Of a DNA stretch of 64,000 bases, positions 22,618-33,035 are shown in pieces. The notes beneath the pieces are model-generated. The model made no database searches, had not been told where the DNA came from, and saw only the letters and a program-made list of their open reading frames with translations. A program made the position numbers and the translations under genes. Position 1 is the first letter of the stretch. Every line of letters begins with the position of its first letter. This DNA comes from Escherichia coli (GTDB lineage: Bacteria > Pseudomonadota > Gammaproteobacteria > Enterobacterales > Enterobacteriaceae): NCBI RefSeq assembly GCF_013122565.1, contig NZ_CP053258.1. One strand, 5' to 3'.

Positions 22618-23658
22618 TCATTTATCGGAAGACGCCTGCCACAGATTCAGCTCGCCATCGGCGATATGCTGATCAATCTGCGCCAGCTCCTCGGTGCTAA
22701 ATGTCAGATTATTCAGCGCCTGCACGTTCTCCTCTAGTTGCTCCGCGCGGCTGGCACCAATCAATACCGACGTCACGCGATCATCTTTCAGCAACCAGCT
22801 TAACGCCATTTGCGCCATTGATTGTCCACGATGCTGTGCCATGTCATTCAATAATCGCAGGCTGTTGAGGTTGGCTTCGGTGAGCATTTTCGGCGTCAGG
22901 CCACGAACTTTATTCCCTTCACGATGCATCCGTGAATCTTGCGGAATGCCGTTGAGATATTTTCCGGTCAGCAATCCCTGAGCCAGAGGAGTAAAGGCAA
23001 TGCAGCCCACGCCGTTATTTTGCAGGGTATCCAGCAGGCCGCTTTTATCCACCCAGCGGTTCAGCAAATTGTACGAAGGTTGATGAATTAACAACGGAAT
23101 TTTCCACTCGCGCAGTAACTCGACCATTTTTTGCGTCCGCTCTGGCGAGTAAGAGGAGATCCCGACATAAAGCGCCTTACCGCTTTGTACCGCATGAGCC
23201 AGCGCAGAGGCGGTTTCTTCCATCGGCGTATTTTCATCAACGCGATGAGAGTAAAAGATATCGACATACTCAAGCCCCATACGCTTCAGGCTTTGGTCGA
23301 GGCTGGCGAGCAGGTATTTACGTGAACCGCCAGAGCCGTAAGGGCCGGGCCACATATCGTAGCCAGCCTTGGTAGAGATAATCAGTTCATCGCGATAAGC
23401 GGCAAAATCCTCCCGCAGCAGGCGACCAAAGTTCTCTTCTGCGCTTCCTGGAGGCGGCCCGTAATTGTTGGCTAAATCAAAGTGCGTAATGCCTAAATCA
23501 AACGCTTTACGCAGGATCGCACGCTGTGATTCCAGCGCGTTAACGTGACCGAAATTGTGCCATAAACCGAGCGATAACGCGGGCAGGCGTAAACCGCTTT
23601 TTCCGCAATAACGGTACTGCATCTGCCCGTAACGCTCGGGATTCGCTAACCAGACCAT
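22618..23658 (-). CDS. yghZ: Aldo-keto reductase (L-glyceraldehyde-3-phosphate reductase type)
   Basis: 346 aa; MVWLANPERYGQMQYRYCGKSGLRLPALSLGLWHNFG. Confidence 0.92.
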   Translation of the reverse strand: MVWLANPERYGQMQYRYCGKSGLRLPALSLGLWHNFGHVNALESQRAILRKAFDLGITHFDLANNYGPPPGSAEENFGRLLREDFAAYRDELIISTKAGYDMWPGPYGSGGSRKYLLASLDQSLKRMGLEYVDIFYSHRVDENTPMEETASALAHAVQSGKALYVGISSYSPERTQKMVELLREWKIPLLIHQPSYNLLNRWVDKSGLLDTLQNNGVGCIAFTPLAQGLLTGKYLNGIPQDSRMHREGNKVRGLTPKMLTEANLNSLRLLNDMAQHRGQSMAQMALSWLLKDDRVTSVLIGASRAEQLEENVQALNNLTFSTEELAQIDQHIADGELNLWQASSDK

Positions 23659-23811
23659 GACCTCTCCTTTCCACCATTCAATTTCGAAACAATGTTTCTA
23701 GTTTAGCGATTCATCAGTGCGTATCCCGTAGTCTGGCTCACAGAGTGACGAAAAACTGGGCAAAAACACGTGCTTATGCTTTGCTTAAAAAAACACCAAG
23801 TGAGGAGTGCA

Positions 23812-24702
23812 ATGATGCCGCGTTTAACCGCCAAAGATTTCCCACAAGAGTTGCTGGATTACTACGACTATTACGCTCACGGGAAAATCTCGAAACGTGA
23901 GTTCCTCAACCTTGCGGCGAAGTATGCGGTAGGCGGGATGACGGCATTAGCGTTGTTTGATTTGCTCAAGCCAAATTATGCGCTGGCGACTCAGGTAGAG
24001 TTTACCGACCCGGAAATTGTTGCTGAGTACATCACGTATCCTTCGCCAAATGGTCACGGCGAGGTGCGGGGTTATCTGGTGAAGCCCGCAAAGATGAGCG
24101 GCAAAACGCCAGCCGTAGTGGTGGTGCATGAGAATCGTGGACTGAATCCGTATATCGAAGATGTGGCACGGCGAGTGGCGAAGGCGGGGTATATCGCCCT
24201 GGCACCTGACGGCTTAAGTTCCGTTGGAGGTTATCCGGGAAATGATGATAAAGGTCGTGAGCTGCAACAGCAGGTTGATCCAACCAAACTGATGAATGAT
24301 TTCTTTGCCGCAATTGAGTTTATGCAACGCTATCCGCAAGCGACAGGCAAAGTGGGTATTACTGGATTTTGCTATGGCGGTGGCGTATCGAACGCGGCGG
24401 CTGTCGCGTATCCGGAACTGGCCTGCGCGGTGCCGTTTTATGGTCGACAGGCACCCACCGCCGATGTGGCGAAGATTGAAGCGCCTTTACTGCTCCACTA
24501 CGCGGAACTGGACACCCGAATCAACGAGGGCTGGCCCGCTTACGAGGCGGCGTTGAAAGCCAATAATAAGGTTTATGAGGCGTATATCTATCCGGGGGTT
24601 AATCACGGATTCCATAATGATTCCACGCCCCGTTATGACAAATCTGCCGCCGATCTTGCCTGGCAAAGAACGCAGAAATGGTTCGATAAATATCTCTCCT
24701 GA
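23812..24702 (+). CDS. yghX: Dienelactone hydrolase family protein (intact YghX)
   Basis: GAGGAG RBS before ATG at 23812; ~296 aa uninterrupted; alpha/beta hydrolase motifs; the ORF track extends to 23770 via GTG. Confidence 0.8.
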   Translation: MMPRLTAKDFPQELLDYYDYYAHGKISKREFLNLAAKYAVGGMTALALFDLLKPNYALATQVEFTDPEIVAEYITYPSPNGHGEVRGYLVKPAKMSGKTPAVVVVHENRGLNPYIEDVARRVAKAGYIALAPDGLSSVGGYPGNDDKGRELQQQVDPTKLMNDFFAAIEFMQRYPQATGKVGITGFCYGGGVSNAAAVAYPELACAVPFYGRQAPTADVAKIEAPLLLHYAELDTRINEGWPAYEAALKANNKVYEAYIYPGVNHGFHNDSTPRYDKSAADLAWQRTQKWFDKYLS

Positions 24703-24820
24703 TAGGTTTATCTCTTACGGGATTACGTCTTAAACAAGCATGAAAAAATAGCGTGCGCAAAAGTCGTTCTTTGCCTAAAATATCGCTATATATAACAATA
24801 TATAGCGAATGAGGTGAACG

Positions 24821-25108
24821 ATGAATAACCATTTTGGTAAAGGCTTAATGGCGGGATTAAAAGCAACGCATGCCGACAGTGCGGTTAATGTGACTAAATA
24901 CTGTGCCGATTATAAACGCGGTTTTGTATTAGGCTACTCACACCGGATGTACGAAAAGACCGGAGATCGCCAGCTTAGCGCCTGGGAAGCGGGTATTCTG
25001 ACGCGCCGCTATGGACTGGATAAAGAGATGGTAATGGATTTCTTTCGTGAGAATAATTCCTGTTCTACGTTGCGCTTTTTTATGGCCGGTTATCGCCTCG
25101 AAAATTGA
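24821..25108 (+). CDS. yghW: DUF2623 protein YghW
   Basis: 95 aa; [35 protein letters not shown]. Confidence 0.85.
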   Translation: MNNHFGKGLMAGLKATHADSAVNVTKYCADYKRGFVLGYSHRMYEKTGDRQLSAWEAGILTRRYGLDKEMVMDFFRENNSCSTLRFFMAGYRLEN

Positions 25109-25296
25109 TCAAACATACGTATTATCTTGCTTTAATTAATTACACTAATGCTTCTTCCCTTCGTTTTAGCGCCCCGCCGCAGTATCATGATATCGATAAC
25201 CATAATAAATGTGTGGTAAATGGCGCATCGATCGCATTATTGATTTTGCGATTGAGGCAAAATATATGCCAGGTCTTCGCAACGGAATAACAATAA

Positions 25297-26415
25297 ATGA
25301 CTGGAGATAACACCCTCATCCATTCTCACGGCATTAACCGTCGTGATTTCATGAAGCTTTGTGCAGCATTAGCCGCCACCATGGGGTTAAGTAGCAAAGC
25401 CGCTGCAGAGATGGCCGAATCGGTTACTAACCCGCAGCGTCCGCCAGTTATCTGGATTGGCGCGCAGGAGTGCACCGGTTGTACGGAATCTCTGCTTCGT
25501 GCAACGCATCCAACGGTAGAAAACCTCGTGCTGGAGACTATCTCTCTGGAATATCACGAAGTGCTTTCCGCCGCCTTCGGTCATCAGGTCGAAGAGAACA
25601 AACATAACGCTCTTGAGAAGTACAAAGGGCAGTATGTGTTAGTGGTGGATGGTTCCATCCCATTAAAAGATAATGGGATTTATTGCATGGTCGCCGGTGA
25701 GCCGATTGTGGATCACATCCGCAAAGCGGCGGAAGGCGCAGCAGCGATTATCGCTATCGGTTCCTGCTCTGCGTGGGGCGGTGTTGCCGCAGCTGGAGTT
25801 AACCCGACTGGCGCAGTCAGCCTGCAAGAAGTTCTGCCAGGCAAAACCGTTATCAACATTCCGGGCTGCCCGCCGAACCCGCACAACTTCCTCGCGACCG
25901 TTGCGCACATCATCACTTACGGCAAGCCGCCGAAACTGGATGACAAAAACCGTCCGACCTTCGCCTATGGCCGTCTGATTCACGAACACTGCGAACGTCG
26001 CCCGCACTTCGATGCTGGTCGTTTTGCCAAAGAGTTCGGTGATGAAGGCCACCGCGAAGGCTGGTGCCTGTACCACCTCGGCTGTAAAGGGCCAGAAACT
26101 TACGGCAACTGCTCAACGCTGCAATTCTGCGATGTTGGCGGTGTGTGGCCGGTGGCGATTGGTCACCCGTGCTATGGCTGTAACGAAGAAGGTATCGGCT
26201 TCCATAAAGGCATCCATCAGCTTGCCAACGTCGAAAATCAGACTCCGCGTTCACAGAAACCGGACGTTAATGCTAAAGAAGGCGGCAACGTCTCGGCAGG
26301 CGCTATTGGTTTGCTCGGCGGTGTGGTTGGGCTGGTTGCCGGTGTCAGCGTGATGGCGGTGCGTGAACTGGGTCGTCAGCAAAAGAAAGATAACGCTGAC
26401 TCACGGGGAGAATAA
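25297..26415 (+). CDS. hybO: Hydrogenase 2 small subunit (Tat signal)
   Basis: 372 aa; RRDFMK twin-arginine motif; [NiFe] hydrogenase small-subunit Cys clusters. Confidence 0.95.
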   Translation: MTGDNTLIHSHGINRRDFMKLCAALAATMGLSSKAAAEMAESVTNPQRPPVIWIGAQECTGCTESLLRATHPTVENLVLETISLEYHEVLSAAFGHQVEENKHNALEKYKGQYVLVVDGSIPLKDNGIYCMVAGEPIVDHIRKAAEGAAAIIAIGSCSAWGGVAAAGVNPTGAVSLQEVLPGKTVINIPGCPPNPHNFLATVAHIITYGKPPKLDDKNRPTFAYGRLIHEHCERRPHFDAGRFAKEFGDEGHREGWCLYHLGCKGPETYGNCSTLQFCDVGGVWPVAIGHPCYGCNEEGIGFHKGIHQLANVENQTPRSQKPDVNAKEGGNVSAGAIGLLGGVVGLVAGVSVMAVRELGRQQKKDNADSRGE

Positions 26416-26417
26416 CC

Positions 26418-27404
26418 GTGAACAGACGTAATTTTATTAAAGCAGCCTCCTGCGGGGCATTGCTGACGGGCGCGCTGCCGTCTGTCAGTCATGCGGCTGC
26501 TGAAAACCGCCCGCCAATTCCGGGATCGCTGGGGATGTTGTACGACTCGACCTTGTGCGTTGGCTGCCAGGCTTGCGTCACCAAGTGTCAGGATATCAAT
26601 TTCCCTGAACGTAACCCGCAAGGGGAACAGACCTGGTCGAACAACGACAAACTGTCGCCGTATACCAATAACATCATTCAGGTGTGGACCAGCGGCACAG
26701 GGGTCAACAAAGACCAGGAGGAGAACGGCTACGCGTACATTAAGAAACAGTGTATGCACTGCGTCGATCCGAACTGTGTCTCTGTGTGCCCGGTCTCTGC
26801 ACTGAAAAAAGATCCGAAAACCGGCATTGTCCATTACGACAAAGATGTGTGCACCGGCTGCCGTTACTGCATGGTCGCCTGCCCATACAATGTGCCGAAG
26901 TACGACTACAACAACCCGTTTGGTGCGCTGCATAAGTGCGAGCTGTGCAACCAGAAAGGTGTGGAACGTCTCGATAAAGGCGGTCTGCCTGGCTGCGTAG
27001 AAGTGTGCCCGGCGGGCGCGGTGATTTTTGGTACGCGTGAAGAGCTGATGGCGGAGGCGAAAAAACGTCTGGCGCTGAAGCCTGGCAGCGAATACCACTA
27101 TCCGCGTCAGACGCTGAACTCTGGTGACACTTACCTGCATACGGTGCCGAAATATTATCCGCATCTGTACGGCGAGAAAGAGGGCGGCGGTACTCAGGTT
27201 CTGGTACTGACGGGTGTGCCTTATGAAAATCTCGACCTGCCGAAACTGGACGATCTTTCTACCGGTGCGCGTTCCGAAAATATTCAACACACCCTGTATA
27301 AAGGCATGATGCTACCACTGGCTGTGCTGGCGGGCTTAACCGTGCTGGTTCGTCGCAACACCAAAAACGACCATCACGACGGAGGAGACGATCATGAGTC
27401 ATGA
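26418..27404 (+). CDS. hybA: Hydrogenase 2 ferredoxin-type 4Fe-4S subunit
   Basis: 328 aa; GTG start; multiple CxxCxxCxxxCP motifs; Tat signal. Confidence 0.93.
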   Translation: MNRRNFIKAASCGALLTGALPSVSHAAAENRPPIPGSLGMLYDSTLCVGCQACVTKCQDINFPERNPQGEQTWSNNDKLSPYTNNIIQVWTSGTGVNKDQEENGYAYIKKQCMHCVDPNCVSVCPVSALKKDPKTGIVHYDKDVCTGCRYCMVACPYNVPKYDYNNPFGALHKCELCNQKGVERLDKGGLPGCVEVCPAGAVIFGTREELMAEAKKRLALKPGSEYHYPRQTLNSGDTYLHTVPKYYPHLYGEKEGGGTQVLVLTGVPYENLDLPKLDDLSTGARSENIQHTLYKGMMLPLAVLAGLTVLVRRNTKNDHHDGGDDHES

Positions 27405-28572
27405 TCCACAACCGCTGGGCGGCAAAATCATCAGTAAACCGGTCATGATTTTTGGACCGTTAATCGTCATCTGTATGCTCCTGATTGTGAAGCGTCTGGT
27501 GTTCGGTCTGGGCTCTGTCTCTGACCTGAACGGCGGCTTCCCGTGGGGCGTGTGGATCGCGTTTGACCTGCTGATTGGCACCGGCTTTGCCTGTGGCGGC
27601 TGGGCGCTGGCGTGGGCGGTATACGTCTTTAACCGTGGGCAATACCATCCGCTGGTGCGTCCGGCGCTGTTGGCGAGTCTGTTCGGTTACTCACTGGGTG
27701 GCTTGTCGATCACTATCGACGTGGGTCGCTACTGGAACCTGCCGTACTTCTACATTCCGGGTCACTTCAACGTGAACTCGGTACTGTTCGAGACGGCGGT
27801 CTGTATGACCATCTACATCGGCGTGATGGCTCTGGAGTTTGCTCCGGCACTGTTTGAACGTCTGGGCTGGAAGGTGTCGCTACAGCGTCTGAACAAGGTG
27901 ATGTTCTTCATCATCGCGCTCGGCGCGCTGTTGCCGACCATGCACCAGTCTTCAATGGGGTCACTGATGATCTCGGCGGGCTACAAGGTGCATCCGCTGT
28001 GGCAGAGCTATGAAATGTTGCCGCTGTTCTCGCTGCTGACGGCGTTCATCATGGGCTTCTCGATTGTCATCTTTGAAGGTTCGCTGGTGCAGGCGGGTCT
28101 GCGTGGCAACGGTCCGGATGAAAAGAGCCTGTTCGTCAAGCTGACCAACACCATCAGTGTGTTGCTGGCAATTTTCATCGTGCTGCGCTTTGGCGAGCTT
28201 ATCTATCGCGACAAGCTGTCGTTAGCGTTTGCCGGTGACTTCTACTCCGTGATGTTCTGGATTGAAGTCCTGCTGATGCTCTTCCCGCTGGTCGTTCTGC
28301 GTGTGGCGAAGCTGCGTAATGATTCCCGCATGCTGTTCCTGTCAGCACTGAGCGCACTGTTAGGTTGTGCAACCTGGCGTCTGACCTATTCGCTGGTGGC
28401 ATTCAACCCGGGCGGCGGTTACGCCTACTTCCCGACCTGGGAAGAACTGTTGATTTCTATTGGTTTTGTGGCTATTGAGATTTGCGCTTACATCGTACTC
28501 ATTCGTCTACTGCCGATACTTCCTCCTTTAAAACAAAACGATCATAATCGTCATGAGGCGAGCAAAGCATGA
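27394..28572 (+). CDS. hybB: Hydrogenase 2 integral membrane cytochrome b-type subunit
   Basis: 392 aa; polytopic membrane protein; operon position. Confidence 0.93.
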   Translation: MSHDPQPLGGKIISKPVMIFGPLIVICMLLIVKRLVFGLGSVSDLNGGFPWGVWIAFDLLIGTGFACGGWALAWAVYVFNRGQYHPLVRPALLASLFGYSLGGLSITIDVGRYWNLPYFYIPGHFNVNSVLFETAVCMTIYIGVMALEFAPALFERLGWKVSLQRLNKVMFFIIALGALLPTMHQSSMGSLMISAGYKVHPLWQSYEMLPLFSLLTAFIMGFSIVIFEGSLVQAGLRGNGPDEKSLFVKLTNTISVLLAIFIVLRFGELIYRDKLSLAFAGDFYSVMFWIEVLLMLFPLVVLRVAKLRNDSRMLFLSALSALLGCATWRLTYSLVAFNPGGGYAYFPTWEELLISIGFVAIEICAYIVLIRLLPILPPLKQNDHNRHEASKA

Positions 28573-30272
28573 GCCAGAGAATTACTATTGATCCGGTAAC
28601 CCGTATTGAGGGGCATTTACGCATCGATTGCGAAATCGAAAATGGCGTCGTTTCGAAAGCATGGGCTTCCGGTACCATGTGGCGCGGCATGGAAGAGATC
28701 GTGAAAAACCGCGATCCGCGCGATGCATGGATGATTGTGCAACGTATCTGTGGCGTATGTACTACCACTCACGCGCTGTCTTCCGTTCGTGCGGCAGAAA
28801 GTGCGCTGAATATCGACGTTCCGGTTAACGCGCAATACATCCGTAACATCATTCTGGCTGCGCACACCACGCATGACCATATCGTTCATTTCTATCAGCT
28901 TTCGGCGCTGGACTGGGTGGACATCACTTCTGCACTGCAAGCTGATCCAGCCAAAGCCTCCGAAATGCTGAAAGGTGTTTCGACCTGGCATCTGAACAGT
29001 CCGGAAGAGTTCACCAAAGTTCAGAACAAGATCAAAGATCTGGTTGCCAGCGGTCAGTTGGGTATTTTCGCCAATGGCTACTGGGGTCACCCGGCGATGA
29101 AACTGCCGCCGGAAGTGAACCTGATTGCGGTAGCGCACTACCTGCAAGCGCTGGAGTGCCAGCGTGACGCTAACCGCGTCGTGGCGCTGCTGGGCGGTAA
29201 AACGCCGCACATTCAGAACCTGGCGGTAGGTGGGGTCGCTAACCCGATCAACCTCGACGGTCTGGGCGTGCTGAACCTTGAGCGCCTGATGTACATCAAG
29301 TCTTTCATCGACAAGCTGAGCGACTTTGTTGAGCAGGTTTATAAGGTTGATACCGCCGTTATCGCCGCTTTCTACCCGGAATGGCTGACGCGCGGTAAAG
29401 GTGCAGTGAACTACCTGAGCGTGCCGGAGTTTCCAACCGACAGCAAAAACGGCAGCTTCCTGTTCCCGGGCGGCTACATTGAGAATGCGGATCTGTCCTC
29501 GTATCGTCCGATCACTTCTCATTCCGATGAATACCTGATTAAAGGCATTCAGGAGAGCGCGAAGCACTCCTGGTATAAAGACGAAGCGCCGCAGGCTCCG
29601 TGGGAAGGCACCACCATTCCGGCTTATGATGGTTGGTCTGACGACGGTAAATACTCCTGGGTGAAATCACCGACTTTCTACGGCAAAACGGTAGAAGTGG
29701 GTCCGCTGGCTAACATGCTGGTGAAACTGGCGGCAGGACGTGAGTCTACCCAGAACAAACTGAATGAAATCGTTGCGATTTATCAGAAACTGACTGGCAA
29801 CACGCTGGAAGTGTCACAGCTGCACTCCACGCTGGGCCGTATTATTGGTCGTACCGTTCACTGCTGCGAATTGCAGGATATCCTGCAAAATCAATACAGT
29901 GCACTGATCACCAATATCGGCAAAGGCGATCACACCACCTTCGTGAAACCGAACATTCCGGCAACGGGTGAGTTCAAAGGTGTTGGCTTCCTCGAAGCGC
30001 CGCGCGGTATGCTCTCTCACTGGATGGTGATCAAAGACGGTATCATCAGCAACTACCAGGCAGTTGTTCCATCAACCTGGAACTCTGGCCCGCGTAACTT
30101 CAATGATGACGTCGGTCCTTACGAGCAGTCGCTGGTGGGTACACCGGTTGCTGATCCGAATAAACCGCTGGAAGTGGTGCGTACCATTCACTCCTTCGAC
30201 CCGTGCATGGCCTGTGCGGTACACGTAGTGGATGCCGACGGCAACGAAGTGGTTTCAGTGAAGGTTCTGTAA
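28569..30272 (+). CDS. hybC: Hydrogenase 2 large subunit ([NiFe] catalytic)
   Basis: 567 aa; N-terminal RICGVCTTTH and C-terminal DPCMACAVH nickel-binding motifs. Confidence 0.95.
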   Translation: MSQRITIDPVTRIEGHLRIDCEIENGVVSKAWASGTMWRGMEEIVKNRDPRDAWMIVQRICGVCTTTHALSSVRAAESALNIDVPVNAQYIRNIILAAHTTHDHIVHFYQLSALDWVDITSALQADPAKASEMLKGVSTWHLNSPEEFTKVQNKIKDLVASGQLGIFANGYWGHPAMKLPPEVNLIAVAHYLQALECQRDANRVVALLGGKTPHIQNLAVGGVANPINLDGLGVLNLERLMYIKSFIDKLSDFVEQVYKVDTAVIAAFYPEWLTRGKGAVNYLSVPEFPTDSKNGSFLFPGGYIENADLSSYRPITSHSDEYLIKGIQESAKHSWYKDEAPQAPWEGTTIPAYDGWSDDGKYSWVKSPTFYGKTVEVGPLANMLVKLAAGRESTQNKLNEIVAIYQKLTGNTLEVSQLHSTLGRIIGRTVHCCELQDILQNQYSALITNIGKGDHTTFVKPNIPATGEFKGVGFLEAPRGMLSHWMVIKDGIISNYQAVVPSTWNSGPRNFNDDVGPYEQSLVGTPVADPNKPLEVVRTIHSFDPCMACAVHVVDADGNEVVSVKVL

Positions 30273-30766
30273 TGCGTATTTTAGTCTTAGGGGTCGGCAA
30301 TATTTTGCTGACCGATGAAGCCATCGGCGTGCGGATTGTCGAAGCGTTAGAGCAACGATACATTCTGCCGGATTATGTTGAGATCCTCGATGGCGGCACG
30401 GCGGGAATGGAGCTGCTTGGCGACATGGCAAATCGCGATCATCTGATTATTGCGGATGCCATTGTGTCGAAGAAGAGCGCGCCGGGAACGATGATGATCC
30501 TGCGGGATGAAGAAGTTCCGGCGTTGTTTACCAACAAAATATCTCCGCATCAGCTTGGCCTGGCCGACGTATTGTCGGCCCTGCGCTTCACCGGTGAGTT
30601 TCCGAAAAAGCTGACCCTGGTCGGCGTGATCCCGGAATCGCTGGAGCCACACATCGGCTTAACACCGACGGTTGAAGCAATGATTGAACCTGCGCTTGAG
30701 CAGGTTCTGGCTGCGCTGCGCGAATCAGGCGTGGAAGCCATCCCACGGGAGGCGATTCATGACTGA
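30272..30766 (+). CDS. hybD: Hydrogenase 2 maturation endopeptidase
   Basis: 164 aa from ATG overlapping the hybC stop; MRILVLGVGNILLTDEAIGVRIVE. Confidence 0.92.
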   Translation: MRILVLGVGNILLTDEAIGVRIVEALEQRYILPDYVEILDGGTAGMELLGDMANRDHLIIADAIVSKKSAPGTMMILRDEEVPALFTNKISPHQLGLADVLSALRFTGEFPKKLTLVGVIPESLEPHIGLTPTVEAMIEPALEQVLAALRESGVEAIPREAIHD

Positions 30767-31247
30767 AGAGATAGCAGGTTTCCAGACCTCCCCGAAGGCG
30801 CAAGTACAGGCAGCGTTTGAAGAAATTGCCCGGCGTTCGATGCACGATCTCTCTTTTCTGCATCCTTCAATGCCGGTGTATGTTTCTGACTTTACGCTGT
30901 TTGAAGGTCAGTGGACGGGGTGTGTGATCACCCCGTGGATGCTGAGTGCGGTTATCTTCCCCGGCCCGGATCAACTCTGGCCGCTGCGCAAAGTGAGTGA
31001 AAAAATTGGTCTACAACTGCCGTATGGCACTATGACCTTTACCGTTGGCGAACTGGACGGTGTTTCGCAATATCTCTCCTGTTCGCTGATGTCGCCGCTT
31101 TCGCATAGCATGTCGATTGAAGAGGGCCAACGCCTGACGGATGACTGCGCACGAATGATCCTTTCGCTGCCAGTCACCAATCCGGATGTACCACACGCAG
31201 GGCGTCGCGCCCTGCTGTTTGGCCGCAGGAGTGGCGAAAATGCATGA
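30759..31247 (+). CDS. hybE: Hydrogenase 2 specific chaperone
   Basis: 162 aa from Met MTEEIAGFQTSPKAQ; 8-nt overlap with hybD. Confidence 0.88.
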   Translation: MTEEIAGFQTSPKAQVQAAFEEIARRSMHDLSFLHPSMPVYVSDFTLFEGQWTGCVITPWMLSAVIFPGPDQLWPLRKVSEKIGLQLPYGTMTFTVGELDGVSQYLSCSLMSPLSHSMSIEEGQRLTDDCARMILSLPVTNPDVPHAGRRALLFGRRSGENA

Positions 31248-31581
31248 GTTGTCGCTTTGCCAGAGCGCCCTTGAAATTATCCAACGGCAGGCGGAGCAGC
31301 ACGATGTTAAGCGCGTCACCGCCGTGTGGCTGGAAATTGGCGCGCTCTCCTGCGTTGAGGAGAGCGCCGTCCGTTTTAGTTTTGAAATTGTCTGCCACGG
31401 AACGGTGGCGCAAGGGTGCGATTTACATATCGTCTATAAACCCGCCCAGGCCTGGTGCTGGGATTGCAGCCAGGTGGTGGAGATTCATCAGCACGATGCG
31501 CAGTGTCCGATCTGTCATGGCGAGCGGTTGCGTGTCGATACCGGCGATTCGCTGATCGTCAAAAGTATTGAAGTTGAATAA
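31240..31581 (+). CDS. hybF: Hydrogenase nickel-incorporation protein (HypA paralogue)
   Basis: 113 aa from Met MHELSLCQSALEII; C-terminal CxxC...CxxC zinc motif. Confidence 0.9.
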   Translation: MHELSLCQSALEIIQRQAEQHDVKRVTAVWLEIGALSCVEESAVRFSFEIVCHGTVAQGCDLHIVYKPAQAWCWDCSQVVEIHQHDAQCPICHGERLRVDTGDSLIVKSIEVE

Positions 31582-31593
31582 CCGGAGTTAACA

Positions 31594-31842
31594 ATGTGTA
31601 TTGGCGTTCCAGGCCAGGTGCTGGCTGTCGGTGAAGATATTCACCAGCTTGCGCAGGTTGAAGTATGTGGTATCAAGCGCGACGTGAATATCGCCCTGAT
31701 TTGTGAAGGTAACCCTGCCGATCTGCTGGGCCAGTGGGTGCTGGTACACGTCGGATTTGCCATGAGCATCATCGACGAAGATGAAGCCAAAGCCACATTA
31801 GACGCGCTGCGCCAAATGGATTACGACATTACCAGCGCGTGA
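31594..31842 (+). CDS. hybG: Hydrogenase maturation factor (HypC paralogue)
   Basis: 82 aa; [10 protein letters not shown]-terminus with Cys2. Confidence 0.92.
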
Positions 31843-31854
31843 TGATTAGCTTTT

Positions 31855-31945
31855 GTAGGCCTGATAAGACGCGATAGCGTCGCATCAGGCATTGTGCTCG
31901 ATTGCCGGATGCGGCGTGAATGCCTTATCCGGCCTGGATGGCTTG
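31855..31945. repeat. REP palindromic elements
   Basis: gtaggcctgataagacgcgatagcgtcgcatcaggc ... gccggatgcggcgtgaatgccttatccggcc. Confidence 0.75.
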
Positions 31946-31964
31946 CTGCGACGAACACCAATCC

Positions 31965-32831
31965 TTACCCCTGACGCTTATCTTCCGTATTCGTCTCGAA
32001 ATCACTGGCGTCATGGCGCTCATGCAACTGCTCGTTCAACGGCCCGTTGGTGCGGTTAACAATACGCCCACGTTTCACCGCCGGACGTTCGCCCACTTCT
32101 TTTGCCCAGCGTTGCACATGCTTATAACTACCCGCATCAAGAAACTCTGCGGCATCATACACGCCGCCTAACACCACGTTGCCAAACCACGGCCAAATCG
32201 CCATATCCGCAATGGTGTACTCATCGCCTGCAACAAACTTATGCTGCGCCAGTTGCTTATCCAGCACGTCGAGAAGGCGCTTGGCTTCCATGGTAAAGCG
32301 ATTGATGGCGTACTCAATTTTCACCGGCGCGTAATGGTAAAAGTGACCAAAACCACCGCCGAGGAACGGTGCCGCGCCCTGTAACCAGAACAGCCAGTTC
32401 AGCGTTTCAGTCCGTTTTGCCAGATCCTGCGGCAGGAAGTAGCCAAATTTCTCCGCCAGATAAAGCAGAATCGATCCAGACTCAAACACGCGGATCGGCG
32501 GATTATGCGTATGATCGCGCAGCGCCGGGATCTTCGAGTTTGGGTTTACTTCGACAAAGCCGCTGGAGAATTGATCACCATCGCCTATGCGTATCAGCCA
32601 GGCATCGTACTCTGCGCCAGTAACGCCCAGCGCGAGCAGCTCCTCAAGCATAATCGTTACTTTCTGACCGTTCGGCGTTCCCAGCGAATAAAGTTGTAAT
32701 GGATGTTTGCCCACCGGCAGCGTTTTTTCATGCGTCGGACCAGAAACCGGGCGATTGATATTGGCGAACGCGCCGCCAGCGAATTTATCCCACGTCCAGA
32801 CTTTCGCGGGCTGATAAGTATTGTCTGTCAT
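31965..32831 (-). CDS. yghU: Glutathione S-transferase-like disulfide reductase YghU
   Basis: 288 aa from Met MTDNTYQPAKVWTWDK (the ORF-track start at 32879 is upstream). Confidence 0.9.
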   Translation of the reverse strand: MTDNTYQPAKVWTWDKFAGGAFANINRPVSGPTHEKTLPVGKHPLQLYSLGTPNGQKVTIMLEELLALGVTGAEYDAWLIRIGDGDQFSSGFVEVNPNSKIPALRDHTHNPPIRVFESGSILLYLAEKFGYFLPQDLAKRTETLNWLFWLQGAAPFLGGGFGHFYHYAPVKIEYAINRFTMEAKRLLDVLDKQLAQHKFVAGDEYTIADMAIWPWFGNVVLGGVYDAAEFLDAGSYKHVQRWAKEVGERPAVKRGRIVNRTNGPLNEQLHERHDASDFETNTEDKRQG

Positions 32832-33035
32832 AGTGAGTTGCCTTCTGAGTGGTAGTGTTGAAGCAGTGTAGCAGGTCACTTGCTGTACAGAATGTGAATT
32901 TTTTAACCCTTTGCGCCAGCCGCTGCGATGAGGTGTATGATTAGTCTGACCTCTGTCCGGTTAATGTCGCTGAGCAGGTAATCAGAGCACAACAATTACG
33001 CCAACTGCTTAGGTTGTATTGTTAAAGGTAAAGTG

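Noticed and set aside
25109-25296. 61-aa ORF (25105..25290) in the yghW-hybO spacer, and a possible FNR site
   Set aside because: The ORF has no RBS and lies in the hyb promoter region; the TTGAT-like sequences do not form a convincing TTGAT-N4-ATCAA FNR palindrome on inspection.
26376-27290. 304-aa ORF antisense to hybA
   Set aside because: Nested antisense to a conserved hydrogenase gene; Arg-rich translation typical of the reverse frame of GC-rich genes.
28617-29567. 316-aa ORF antisense to hybC
   Set aside because: Same reasoning; hybC is strongly supported by nickel-binding motifs.
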